A stretch of 53,746 bases of DNA, from NCBI GenBank assembly GCA_964466905.1, contig CAYXOF010000001.1:1-53746 (forward strand), given 5' to 3'. The notes beneath the pieces are model-generated. The model did not search any database and was not told where the DNA came from. It saw only the letters and a program-made list of their open reading frames with translations. Source of the DNA: an uncultured Candidatus Saccharibacteria bacterium (lineage in GTDB: Bacteria > Patescibacteriota > Minisyncoccia > Phycocordibacterales > UBA918). The translations under genes and the position numbers were made by a program. This document shows, piece by piece, positions 9,234-18,044 of this stretch (its first letter is position 1; each line of letters opens with the position of its first letter).

Positions 9234-10193
9234 TTATGTCGCCGGTTCGTTGCCACCATGGAATTTTTCATGTATATCGCGTAGGCGTTTATTGGTAACG
9301 TGCGTATAAATTTGTGTCGTCGCTACGTTTTGGTGCCCGAGTAGCTCTTGTACGCTACGGAGGTCTGCACCATGCTCAAGTAAATCAGTTGCATACGTAT
9401 GGCGTAGGGTGTGCGGGGTGACTTTCTTTGAGAGGCCAGCGAGGCGAGCGGTTCGACTAATCATGAGTTGAATCGCTCGGGGTGTTAGGCGACGCTCATT
9501 TGGATCTTTAGAACGGTAGTTAATAAAGAGCGGTTTACATGCATCGGTACGAGTTTTGAAATAGAGACGGAGCCAGTGAGCCGCTCGGGGTGACATAAAA
9601 ATTGTTCTGATGTGCTTACCTTTACCGACGATCGAAAGTTCGTATGTGCGCGATTCGTTATTGTCGGAGAGGGCAGAGAGTTGGTCTCGGTTGAGGGCGA
9701 CTAGCTCGGAGATGCGCATACCAGAGGAGAAAAATAATTCCATAATGGTTCGATCACGCAAACCAATGGTAGTTTTTGTGTCTGGTAGCTCGAGGAGTTT
9801 GAGGATGTCGCGGACGTCCAGGAAAGTAATGGTTTCGTCGGCCTTTTGTTTTGCCAGTTTGATTTTGCTCGAGGGCAGTGTCGACACGTCTCGGTCAGCC
9901 AGGAAATCAAGCAGGGCACGCAACGCTATGAGATAGTAGTTTTGAGATTTCTTACCGAGATACTCACCACGGTTTGTTTTGTAGGTACGGGCGAGAAAGA
10001 GGCGATAGTCCCACACATGCTTCGGAGTTAATGCTTCAGGGGTTAAATTCGGTGTGCCATTAATACTCAGCCACCTGACGAATAGCTTGAGGTACTGTTC
10101 ATAATTACGTTGGGTATTGTTCGACAGACCTTTTTCAATTTCGCAGTAATCGAGGAAGGGGAGAATGTGTTCTTTGAGCGGTAGGGACTTCAT
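9234..10193 (-). CDS. Tyrosine site-specific recombinase, XerC/XerD-like
   Basis: C-terminal HTLRHTYATDLLEHGADLRSVQELLGHQNVATTQIYTHV (R-H-R-Y catalytic set). N-terminal SAM-like core-binding domain. Confidence 0.9.
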   Translation of the reverse strand: MKSLPLKEHILPFLDYCEIEKGLSNNTQRNYEQYLKLFVRWLSINGTPNLTPEALTPKHVWDYRLFLARTYKTNRGEYLGKKSQNYYLIALRALLDFLADRDVSTLPSSKIKLAKQKADETITFLDVRDILKLLELPDTKTTIGLRDRTIMELFFSSGMRISELVALNRDQLSALSDNNESRTYELSIVGKGKHIRTIFMSPRAAHWLRLYFKTRTDACKPLFINYRSKDPNERRLTPRAIQLMISRTARLAGLSKKVTPHTLRHTYATDLLEHGADLRSVQELLGHQNVATTQIYTHVTNKRLRDIHEKFHGGNEPAT

Positions 10194-10199
10194 ATGGCT

Positions 10200-10229
10200 A
10201 GTATACTACATACTGTATTATTCGCACAA
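10200..10229 (-). promoter_or_regulatory. Promoter-like TTGTGC-18-TATACT ending 6 nt before the xer ATG (predicts a leaderless mRNA)
   Basis: Minus strand reads aTTGTGCgaataatacagtatgtagTATACTagccatATG. Confidence 0.45.
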
Positions 10230-10232
10230 TAT
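10220..10232. repeat. Copy 1 of the exact 13-nt direct repeat ATTCGCACAATAT
   Basis: Identical 13-mer recurs at 10692-10704. Overlaps the -35-like element of the xer promoter. Confidence 0.8.
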
Positions 10233-10691
10233 ATGTAAAACGAATAAAACTGTATAGCGAAGTCTATGTGATGCATTAGATTCCTCAATCACTTCCAGCT
10301 TCCGGCGTTGGGATTCAAGCATGCTGTTTGTAGTTTCAGTATGGTGTCCGACCTGTGAGCTGTTTAACCGGTGCATGTCATTCTGATTGGGTTTTTTTGT
10401 CTTGATGTACTGAATAGTCACGTGACTTGCTCGGCATTGCAGCTGCGGTTAACCTTGTACTTTTCTACACTGTTTCGTAAGTAGACTGAGATATTGAGCC
10501 CGGTTATACAGTAATGTGTACGAGCAAAATCTTTTTGGCGACGCTTTTCTACATGATGGTGTACTGTGCAGGGTGTCTCCCCCACAGCGAAGTTTGATTA
10601 ATCAAGATCAGCTCAAGAGTTTTGTGTGACCATGCACTTTTATCCAACATTGTAGATCAGTTGGAGTGTGCATCAATATACGATTTGGTTC

Positions 10692-10704
10692 ATTCGCACA
10701 ATAT
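10692..10704. repeat. Copy 2 of the exact 13-nt direct repeat ATTCGCACAATAT
   Basis: Identical to 10220-10232. On the minus strand it gives TTGTGC-15-TATATT, a second promoter-like arrangement. Confidence 0.8.
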
Positions 10705-10958
10705 GACGCTGCATAGGTGGAAGATACATAGTCAGCTGACAGTTGCTGATTGAATACGAAGGTTGATTTTAAGGGAGAAAGGCTCGTAGGTTTGAGCCCT
10801 AGAAACCCGCTTGTGCGGGCTTCTGTGAGGGTAAGTTCCTACGATGCATTGCATCGCATATGTATACTAGCACTTATCCCCCGCCTTAACCACAGTCAAA
10901 AAGGCACTTTTCCACAGTTTTATCAACAATGGCTATGAGCGGTAATCGGAGACCGCTT

Positions 10959-12284
10959 CTATAAAGCCCATCTAACGTTACTTGGGGCTGGCAGATAAAG
11001 CATCGGATCTATATATGCCTCAGTGGCTGCCACTGGTGTAGTGGCTGGTCCACAGCTCGTGACTGTTTTTATTTCATTAAATTTACGGACTGATACCCCA
11101 TCCTTAGCGTAGACCGTAAAGTGTAGGTGTGGACCCGTTGAGAAGCCGGTACTTCCGATGTAGCCAATAATCTCACCAGTGCTTACTCGCTGTCCTGCGG
11201 TCACGCTGATAACATCCTGGTGCGCATAGAGTGTTGTCAGACCATTCGCATGATCTATCAGAGTCCATTTACCCCATGAGTAACATCCTGGCACCGCGTC
11301 AGTGTTGCCTGTGGCGCGCACGGTACCAGAGAGCGGCGCGTGGATGGTGGTACCTCGTGGTGCTCCAAAATCAACCCCAGAGTGGTAGGGACGGCCACCG
11401 TAGGCAGCAGCGTTACGTGCGGCAAATTCTGTGCCACCAAATAGCTGGGTGATGATGATATCTTTTAGCGGCCAATCAAAAACTGCTGTACCGGGCGGTG
11501 GAATAGTATTTGGATCAAGAATAAACTGTAATTTTGATTCATACTCACGGAGTTCCTTAAGAATTTGTTCGCGAGCCTGACGTCGGCTCGCAAGGAGTTG
11601 TTGATAGTTTTGTTCTTCGCTTTTTGTTACCTCAAGGAGTTTTGCTTGTTCATTTTTATTACTCGTGAGCACGGTATTCTGGTCGCTGTACTGTGCTCGT
11701 AGACTTGATAACTCATTGCGCTTACGAGTGTTGGTGTCACGTTGCTCCTCAAGTAGTTTTTGAAATGTACTGAGCTCGGTTACCTTAAACGCCATACTAT
11801 TACGAACAGTGTCGAGGGCTTCAAGTGTGTTCCAGAATTCTGATAAACGGTGGTGCTGGAGTAGTAACTCAACCATTGATTCATCTGCATTTTTGTATTC
11901 TGCACGGATAATTTCAGCAATCGCTGACTCGGTTGTATGAATCTCATGTTCAGTACTATCGATCTCAAGGATCAGCTTATTAATCTCTAGATCGGTTGAA
12001 GTGATCAGATTTTCAGTGCGTGAAATTTCTGCCTGGACTTTTTTTCGTTCGAGTTCGAGCTGATTGATAGCTGATTGAAGCGTTTTTTTCTCACTGCCAA
12101 CGACATTAAGTTCAGCTTCAAATTTTGCTATCTCAGCCTCAATGTCTGATAGTCGTGAGCTTCGTTCATTGATTTGATCGCGCAGCTTTTCAATTTCACT
12201 TTGGGCAGCGACTGGCTGCACAAACAACACGCTTGGTAGTAAGCTCAGTCCGAGTATAAATGCGATAAAGTGGCGACGCGACAT
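10959..12284 (-). CDS. M23 family metallopeptidase with N-terminal coiled coil (EnvC-like)
   Basis: Signal/TM N-terminus and about 230 aa of heptad-rich sequence. M23 motifs HSGVDFGAPRGTTIHAPLSGTV and GSTGFSTGPHLHF. Confidence 0.88.
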   Translation of the reverse strand: MSRRHFIAFILGLSLLPSVLFVQPVAAQSEIEKLRDQINERSSRLSDIEAEIAKFEAELNVVGSEKKTLQSAINQLELERKKVQAEISRTENLITSTDLEINKLILEIDSTEHEIHTTESAIAEIIRAEYKNADESMVELLLQHHRLSEFWNTLEALDTVRNSMAFKVTELSTFQKLLEEQRDTNTRKRNELSSLRAQYSDQNTVLTSNKNEQAKLLEVTKSEEQNYQQLLASRRQAREQILKELREYESKLQFILDPNTIPPPGTAVFDWPLKDIIITQLFGGTEFAARNAAAYGGRPYHSGVDFGAPRGTTIHAPLSGTVRATGNTDAVPGCYSWGKWTLIDHANGLTTLYAHQDVISVTAGQRVSTGEIIGYIGSTGFSTGPHLHFTVYAKDGVSVRKFNEIKTVTSCGPATTPVAATEAYIDPMLYLPAPSNVRWAL

Positions 12285-13741
12285 TATCCGCGTATTTTAT
12301 CACACGCAAGCGAGATACGCCGCAGCGTTTCTTCTTTACCAATAATATAGGCAATGATAAAAGGATCAGGTGAACGTTCTCGACCAGAGAGCGCAACACG
12401 GAGTGGCCAGAGTACGTGCCCCCGCCCCACCTCATCAGCGTATGGGAAGATGGCTGCTTTAATTGTTTCAGTATCTGTAAATGTGACAGGGTCGAGCAAT
12501 GTATGAACATGATTAAGACGAGGTAGTGCATCGGCCGCTGTACTGTCTTGTTTAAAGCGAAGGAGTGCTGTGTCGTAGGTTGGTGTAACAAACGCGAAAT
12601 CATACTCCCCACTCTCCCCTGCTATTTTGATTTCGAGCTGGTTATGGATTCGTTCAAGTGCAACAGGTGCAAGTTTAGTTGCAATTTCTGGTGCATATCC
12701 AGGCAGTTGCTTCGTTTGGGGCGGTAGTGCCTGAATAAAGTAATTGGTCTGAAATGTAAGCGGTTTTTTGCCTAAATGTTGTTTATTCATCCAGTCTAAC
12801 TTTTCTTCGTTCAAGGCCGCTCCAGCGGCGTGGATCCGGTCAATTTCAAACGTCTCGATCAGTTCGGTGGTCGTAAATAACTCTTGTTCTGTACCAGGAT
12901 TCCATCCAATCAAAGCCAAAAAGTTCATCATGGCTTCAGGTAAATAGCCCTCGGTACGGTACTCGAGAATATCTTTTGCCCCATCACGCTTTCCAAGTTT
13001 TTTGGTGCGATCATCACGGAGAATTGGGGGTAAAGTTACGAACGTTGGGTAAGAAAAGCCAAGGGCGTCGTAAATACTTAAGAACTTTGGTGTACTTGAG
13101 ATGAACTCATCTGAGCGCATAATATGGGTGACCCCCATTTCATAGTCGTCAATGATGTGCGCAAAGTTATAGGTTGGATAGCCATCGGACTTGATAAGAA
13201 TAATGTCGTCCAACATCTCTTCACCGGCTGAGAGTGTGCCCCGAGCTGCATCTTCCCAGGTATAGCGCTTGACTGCAGGCACCTTAAGACGAAGTGGTTT
13301 GGTTCCGTCCCACGTCTCAAATGAGGTAGGGCGATGATCGCGATAAAGAAATGGGCGCTTTTCAACCTTGGCACGGGTTCGAAACGCTTCCAGTTCTGAT
13401 TCGGTATACGGATCAGGATACGCCAGCCCCTTCTCAATGAGTACCTGTGCCCACTTCGTGTAGTGGTCGAGTCGTTCAGATTGAATACAAGAACCAAATG
13501 GTCCAGGTTTATTCGGACCGTAATCCCAATCAATCCCCAACCAAAGCAAGGATTCTATCAGGTGCTCACGTGAGCCAGCGACTTCTCGGGTTTTGTCGGT
13601 ATCTTCTATACGAAGAATAAATGTCCCGTTATGCTTACGGGCCCACAGCCAGGCATAGAGGGCGGTACGCATACCCCCGACGTGTTGAAAGCCGGTTGGT
13701 GAAGGAGCAAACCTTGTGACGACAGGTGGATTATGAGCCAT
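12284..13741 (-). CDS. gltX: Glutamate--tRNA ligase
   Basis: VVTRFAPSPTGFQHVGGMRTALY (HIGH-type motif) and KLGKRDG (KMSKS-type motif). 485 aa. Confidence 0.92.
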   Translation of the reverse strand: MAHNPPVVTRFAPSPTGFQHVGGMRTALYAWLWARKHNGTFILRIEDTDKTREVAGSREHLIESLLWLGIDWDYGPNKPGPFGSCIQSERLDHYTKWAQVLIEKGLAYPDPYTESELEAFRTRAKVEKRPFLYRDHRPTSFETWDGTKPLRLKVPAVKRYTWEDAARGTLSAGEEMLDDIILIKSDGYPTYNFAHIIDDYEMGVTHIMRSDEFISSTPKFLSIYDALGFSYPTFVTLPPILRDDRTKKLGKRDGAKDILEYRTEGYLPEAMMNFLALIGWNPGTEQELFTTTELIETFEIDRIHAAGAALNEEKLDWMNKQHLGKKPLTFQTNYFIQALPPQTKQLPGYAPEIATKLAPVALERIHNQLEIKIAGESGEYDFAFVTPTYDTALLRFKQDSTAADALPRLNHVHTLLDPVTFTDTETIKAAIFPYADEVGRGHVLWPLRVALSGRERSPDPFIIAYIIGKEETLRRISLACDKIRG

Positions 13742-14843
13742 GTTCGGTACCGATTGAGATTAAAATGTTTGCCAGTTTAGGGGCTGCATCAGGTATAAAG
13801 AATTGAGCGCACGCAGCCTTCATTGTGGCCGTCTTCGCTTCGTCTGTGATAATAGAATGAATCTCTGTAATCAGCAAGTGTGGGGTTAGGTTGTGCTCTT
13901 CAAGCACTGAAGCGGCACCAGTTCGGGCATAGGCGTAGGCATTCGAGCGTTGGTCACGACTAACGTCTTCAGGGATCGGGATGACAATTGAAGGCTTCTG
14001 GTGGTGTGCAATCTCAAATAACGTTGTGCTACCGGCCCGAGTGACCACAACTGATGCAGCTGCGAGCAAGGCAGACACACTGGCTGCTGGGAGTGTGGGT
14101 TGTAGGTAGTACCGTTCAAGTAGTGTTTGGTCAGGCACGAGGCTTTGAGCGGCGAGGCGGATCTGATCGATGTGTGCCGTCCCCGTCTGATGCACGATCC
14201 GGTAGTGTGGAAGCAGTTCTGCAAGTGTTTGTAAAATGAGATTATTAATCCGTTCTGCCCCCAAGGATCCGCCCGTGATATAGATGAGTGGAAGATCATT
14301 TGGAATACTGAGGGCAGCAAACGGGTCGGTCGGGATAGTCGTTAGCTCTGGACGGAGTGGGATACCGGTCAGTGCGGTTTTCTCAGGTGGGAAGAACTGT
14401 GCGGCGTCATCGTATGAAATCGCAATGTACCGGGCGTATCGGCGCACAAGCAGGTTCGCTCGGCCAGGCACAGCATCTGACTCATGGATGACCACGGGGA
14501 TACGGAGAAATTTTGCAGCGAGTAGGATCGGGACGCTCGTATATCCTCCTTTACTAAAAATCACGTCCGGATACCAGACATACAGCTTATAGATAGCGAT
14601 GAAGATGCCAAAAAAGTTACGAAAGAGATCGAAGAAATTTTGGACAGAAACATAACGACGTAATTTACCAGCCGGACAAAATTCGAAACGAATCTCATGT
14701 TCGATCAAAGCTGCTTGGTCATATGGTTCAGGACCGAAGTAGAGCAGTTCAGGTTTCTTTGGTGTGGATTGTAGACTGTCGGCCACTGCGATAAGCGGAT
14801 AGAAGTGTCCACCAGTCCCACCACCAACTAACCCGATACGCAT
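13731..14843 (-). CDS. murG: Lipid II synthase MurG (undecaprenyl-PP-MurNAc-pentapeptide GlcNAc transferase)
   Basis: MRIGLVGGGTGGHFYPLIAVA N-terminal G-loop. GT28 C-terminal domain ...ITGGSLGAERIN... VVTRAGSTTLFE. Confidence 0.9.
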   Translation of the reverse strand: MRIGLVGGGTGGHFYPLIAVADSLQSTPKKPELLYFGPEPYDQAALIEHEIRFEFCPAGKLRRYVSVQNFFDLFRNFFGIFIAIYKLYVWYPDVIFSKGGYTSVPILLAAKFLRIPVVIHESDAVPGRANLLVRRYARYIAISYDDAAQFFPPEKTALTGIPLRPELTTIPTDPFAALSIPNDLPLIYITGGSLGAERINNLILQTLAELLPHYRIVHQTGTAHIDQIRLAAQSLVPDQTLLERYYLQPTLPAASVSALLAAASVVVTRAGSTTLFEIAHHQKPSIVIPIPEDVSRDQRSNAYAYARTGAASVLEEHNLTPHLLITEIHSIITDEAKTATMKAACAQFFIPDAAPKLANILISIGTEHGS

Positions 14844-14869
14844 AGTACATTAAGTGTACCATGAGTATC

Positions 14870-15985
14870 CTAGCGTGTAGTCTGAAATTTCGACACATTG
14901 AGGACTATTCCAAGAGCTGCCAGTGTTGCTAAGAGGGCGGTTCCGCCATGACTAATAAACGGTAACGGCAATCCAGATAATGGAGCAACGCCAAGCATAG
15001 CCGCGATATTGAGAAACGCCTGGGTACAGAGGATGGTAATAAACCCAACGACGAGTAAACACCCAAAACTATCTCTCGCATGACTCGCAATCCGGTAGCC
15101 GCGAGCTGTAATGCCAACGTAAAGTGCAATCAGGAGTACACTACCAAAAAAACCAAATTCTTCTGCAAATACTGCAAAAATCGAGTCCCCGATTGGCTCA
15201 GGAAGATATTCAAATTTTTGGATACTTTGCCCATAGCCACGTCCCGTTACTCCCCCGCTCCCAACCGCGATGAGTGACTGTTGAATCTGGTATCCGCTTC
15301 CTTGTGGATCAGCCTCAGGATTCAAAAAAGTGGTAAAACGATCCATCACGTAGGGACGTGTCAAGGCCACGAGAGTCAGGAGCAGAACACCTCCGATACC
15401 CATGATCAGGATGTGACGCCATGGTGCTCCAGCCACGAGATACATGGCCGAGCCAGCGGCAGCCATGATCATGAAGGTGTCGGTATCTGGTTGCTTGAGC
15501 ATAATAATGCCCACAATGGCAGTGATACCAATAAAGGGTAATAATCCGCGAGTAAATGTATGCAGATGCGACTCGACACCGGATAACCAGGTGGCAAGGT
15601 AGATGACAAAAGCAATCTTGAGAAATTCTGATGGCTGTAGAGTAGTGAAGCCAAGGTCAATCCATCTCGTGGCGCCACCGTGCGTCATCCCCAGTCCAGG
15701 AATGAACACGAGGAGCGTGGTGAGGAGTGCAAATATAAAAATATAAAATGCATATTGACGGTAGTGCCGATAGTGGATACTGCTGGTGATCAGGAATGCG
15801 AGACTACCCCCAACGACACCAAAGACAAATTGGCTAAACGCGACTGAGTTAAAAGTAGCCCCATCACGGGCGAGGAGACCGAGTGAGGCTGAAGAAAAGA
15901 TCAGGAATCCAAACCCAACCATGACAATAATAAGTAACACAAAAATTGTATCAACTGATTTTGGGAGGAGATTAGTTACTTTCAT
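14870..15985 (-). CDS. ftsW: FtsW/RodA/SpoVE (SEDS) family protein
   Basis: About 10 TM segments. SEDS motifs PSEFLKI, QPDTDTF, PEPIGDSIFA, ISHGGTALL. The ATG at 15985 gives an ATGA overlap with the mraY stop. Confidence 0.88.
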   Translation of the reverse strand: MKVTNLLPKSVDTIFVLLIIVMVGFGFLIFSSASLGLLARDGATFNSVAFSQFVFGVVGGSLAFLITSSIHYRHYRQYAFYIFIFALLTTLLVFIPGLGMTHGGATRWIDLGFTTLQPSEFLKIAFVIYLATWLSGVESHLHTFTRGLLPFIGITAIVGIIMLKQPDTDTFMIMAAAGSAMYLVAGAPWRHILIMGIGGVLLLTLVALTRPYVMDRFTTFLNPEADPQGSGYQIQQSLIAVGSGGVTGRGYGQSIQKFEYLPEPIGDSIFAVFAEEFGFFGSVLLIALYVGITARGYRIASHARDSFGCLLVVGFITILCTQAFLNIAAMLGVAPLSGLPLPFISHGGTALLATLAALGIVLNVSKFQTTR

Positions 15986-17037
15986 ATGAGGGTGGCAGTA
16001 ATAACACCAAGCACCGCGCAAATCAAGCTGATAAGCCAATAACGCATCGTTACCTTGTATGATGGCCAGCCGATTGCTTCAAAGTGGTGATGGAGAGGTG
16101 CGATACGAAATAACTTACGCCCATACATTCGGCGATAGCTAATTTGCAGTACGTTTGAAATGACGGTAGCAAGCAGTGGTAGCCCAATGAGCGGTAAAAG
16201 CAGAATCCCATTTCCGCCTCCGAGTGAATCGGTCATAAAAACAATGGAGGCTAAAGTGAGTGTGAGTGCCATCGAGCCAGTTTCAGTCATCCAGAAGCGT
16301 GCGGGTGGAATATTGAACCATAAAAAGGCAATGATGCCCCCAACGATGGCTGCCGAAAAGCTGGCAAGTTCAAATTGGCCATTCAGAAGCGCGACCCCTG
16401 TATACGCGGCAAACACCGAAGCGAAGACTCCCCCAGAGAGCCCATCGATGCCGTCAATTACTCCGCTGGCATAGAGGGCGATAGTAAGAGTGATATAAAA
16501 TGGAATAATCAACCAACCGATAGTGAGCACATCGCCAAACGGTAGATTAATGTCCGTCACACCGAGCTTCGTATAAAACCACCACCCGAGTACGAGCGAG
16601 AGTATGGTAATAAGGCCAAGACGGGCCGACAGTCGCAGTCCTTTTCCGTCATGGGTGATATCATAAAAATCACTCATAAAACCGATAATGGCCCCAACGA
16701 GCATCGCTGAAAACGGAATCCAGGTTTGACTGCGGCTTAGGAATGAAATACTCGATCCTGATTCACCGGTAAGTTCGCTTATCAGAAAGCCCCCCAGAGT
16801 AACAATCGCGACACTCCCCCAGATTACTAGTCCGCCCATTCGGGGAGTTTTAGTCTCGTCAGCCCCTTTCAGGCGATTGAATTCAGTAGCGTCGTGTCCG
16901 CCAAGCGCTTGTTTACCACCCTGTTTTTTCCAGACTTTAAAGTGGTAGAGGTAGTGAGTAATGAGTGGTGTAATGAGAATACCAACGATAAATGTCGCAA
17001 GAGCTGGTGCCAGAGTCGTAAGGAGTGTGGTATCCAT
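15982..17037 (-). CDS. mraY: Phospho-N-acetylmuramoyl-pentapeptide transferase
   Basis: KTPRMGGLVIW, GVIDGIDGLSGG, APLHHHFE motifs. 351 aa polytopic protein. Confidence 0.92.
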   Translation of the reverse strand: MDTTLLTTLAPALATFIVGILITPLITHYLYHFKVWKKQGGKQALGGHDATEFNRLKGADETKTPRMGGLVIWGSVAIVTLGGFLISELTGESGSSISFLSRSQTWIPFSAMLVGAIIGFMSDFYDITHDGKGLRLSARLGLITILSLVLGWWFYTKLGVTDINLPFGDVLTIGWLIIPFYITLTIALYASGVIDGIDGLSGGVFASVFAAYTGVALLNGQFELASFSAAIVGGIIAFLWFNIPPARFWMTETGSMALTLTLASIVFMTDSLGGGNGILLLPLIGLPLLATVISNVLQISYRRMYGRKLFRIAPLHHHFEAIGWPSYKVTMRYWLISLICAVLGVITATLI

Positions 17038-17040
17038 GGC

Positions 17041-18042
17041 TTAGTTGTTAGGAACGACGAGAGCTGGAGTCACGGCGGTGAGTAATGTCAACACATCAGC
17101 AAAGCGTCCCTCCCGCGATGAGCCAAGCACGGTAATAATAATTGGCCGATTGAAGCCTGCGTCGTAGGCAATAGTGAGATTTCCACCAGCCAGATCAGTG
17201 TAGCCAGTTTTGGAGGCAAGTACGTTTGGAATGTCTTGCACGATATGATTGGTATTTACAACCGAGTGATATTCTCCGGCTTCATTGAGGACTCGTGTCT
17301 CCTCCGCTTGGGTAATCGTGAGGAGTTCCGGATAGGTTCGTAAAATGTATTCAAGTAAGAATGTTACATCACGAGCGGTGCCATAGGCACCAGCCTCGGT
17401 TGGTGAGAGATCAAGCCCCGTTGCATTCTTAAATGCAAGACTTGAAAACCCAAGTTCGTTTGCTCGAATGTTCATGGCCTTAATGAATTGTGCGGTATTG
17501 TCACTCGCACTTTCATCGAGTGCACTCCCAACACTCGCAGCAAGCGCATGCGCGGCGTCGTTTGATGAAGCAATGAGCGCAAGTTGAGAGAGTGCTCTAA
17601 GTGAGAGTGACTCGCCGGCTGATAGACCACTACTCCCCTCTTGGCGGATGGCACTGAGCGGTACCGCGGTGGCTTGATTGGGGTCGGTGAGTTCAACTGC
17701 AACGAGGGAAGTCATGAGTTTTGTGAGTGACGCAAGCGGCAGGACATCGTTTGGGTTTTTAGCAAAGAGTACTCGCTGATTGGCAACATCCCACACATAC
17801 GCTGATTTTGCCTCGATTGGCACATCGGAAATTTTCTGTGGCAGCGTAATCGTTGCGGTATTGGTGGGCTGTGGCAATGCCGGTTGTATCGGACTTAGAT
17901 TGTTCTGTGTCGGAGTAATCTGTTCTTTAAGCCATGGCGAAAAAATCATTACTAATAGTATGCCAAGAATGACGAGTTGACTTACTACTGGAAATCGTTT
18001 GAAGGTAGTGAAATTGGTGATGTGAGGTGGAAGTACTGGCAT
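17041..18042 (-). CDS. Serine-type D-Ala-D-Ala carboxypeptidase (S11/PBP5-like), membrane anchored
   Basis: SxxK (LASLTKLMT), SxN (ASSNDAA) and KTG (SKTGYT) motifs. N-terminal TM helix. Confidence 0.85.
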   Translation of the reverse strand: MPVLPPHITNFTTFKRFPVVSQLVILGILLVMIFSPWLKEQITPTQNNLSPIQPALPQPTNTATITLPQKISDVPIEAKSAYVWDVANQRVLFAKNPNDVLPLASLTKLMTSLVAVELTDPNQATAVPLSAIRQEGSSGLSAGESLSLRALSQLALIASSNDAAHALAASVGSALDESASDNTAQFIKAMNIRANELGFSSLAFKNATGLDLSPTEAGAYGTARDVTFLLEYILRTYPELLTITQAEETRVLNEAGEYHSVVNTNHIVQDIPNVLASKTGYTDLAGGNLTIAYDAGFNRPIIITVLGSSREGRFADVLTLLTAVTPALVVPNN

Positions 18043-18044
18043 GG

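Noticed and set aside
10218-10421. 67-aa minus-strand ORF (GTG start) in the gap upstream of xer
   Set aside because: It has a non-ATG start inside a palindrome, no motif, a polar low-complexity sequence and no promoter/-10 spacing like the other genes. I left it uncalled but mention it in a finding.
10197-10871. 10-nt inverted repeat GCTAGTATAC / GTATACTAGC at the two ends of the gap, considered as possible MITE/IS termini
   Set aside because: A 10-mer inverted pair in 765 bp is roughly expected by chance. The word is self-palindromic (GTATAC, CTAG) and is explained by the recurring TATACTAG -10 motif. There is no transposase and there are no target-site duplications.
10194-10958. Attempted to identify RNase P RNA, SRP/4.5S RNA, tmRNA, 6S RNA or a tRNA in the long gap
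   Set aside because: There are only vague resemblances. GGGAGAAAGGCTCG differs from the P4 sequence GAGGAAAGUCCGG. GCCGGAAGCUGGAAG does not fold into a domain-IV hairpin. There is no T-loop/acceptor pattern and no tmRNA 3' end. I am not calling an RNA gene without a covariance-model search.
12196-13533. 138-aa and 151-aa minus-strand ORFs inside gltX
   Set aside because: They are alternative frames of a clearly identified GluRS gene and have no independent support.
15986-16039. Upstream extension of the ftsW ORF
   Set aside because: It overlaps the mraY 3' end. The ATG at 15985 gives the classic ATGA stop/start coupling and a sensible N-terminus.
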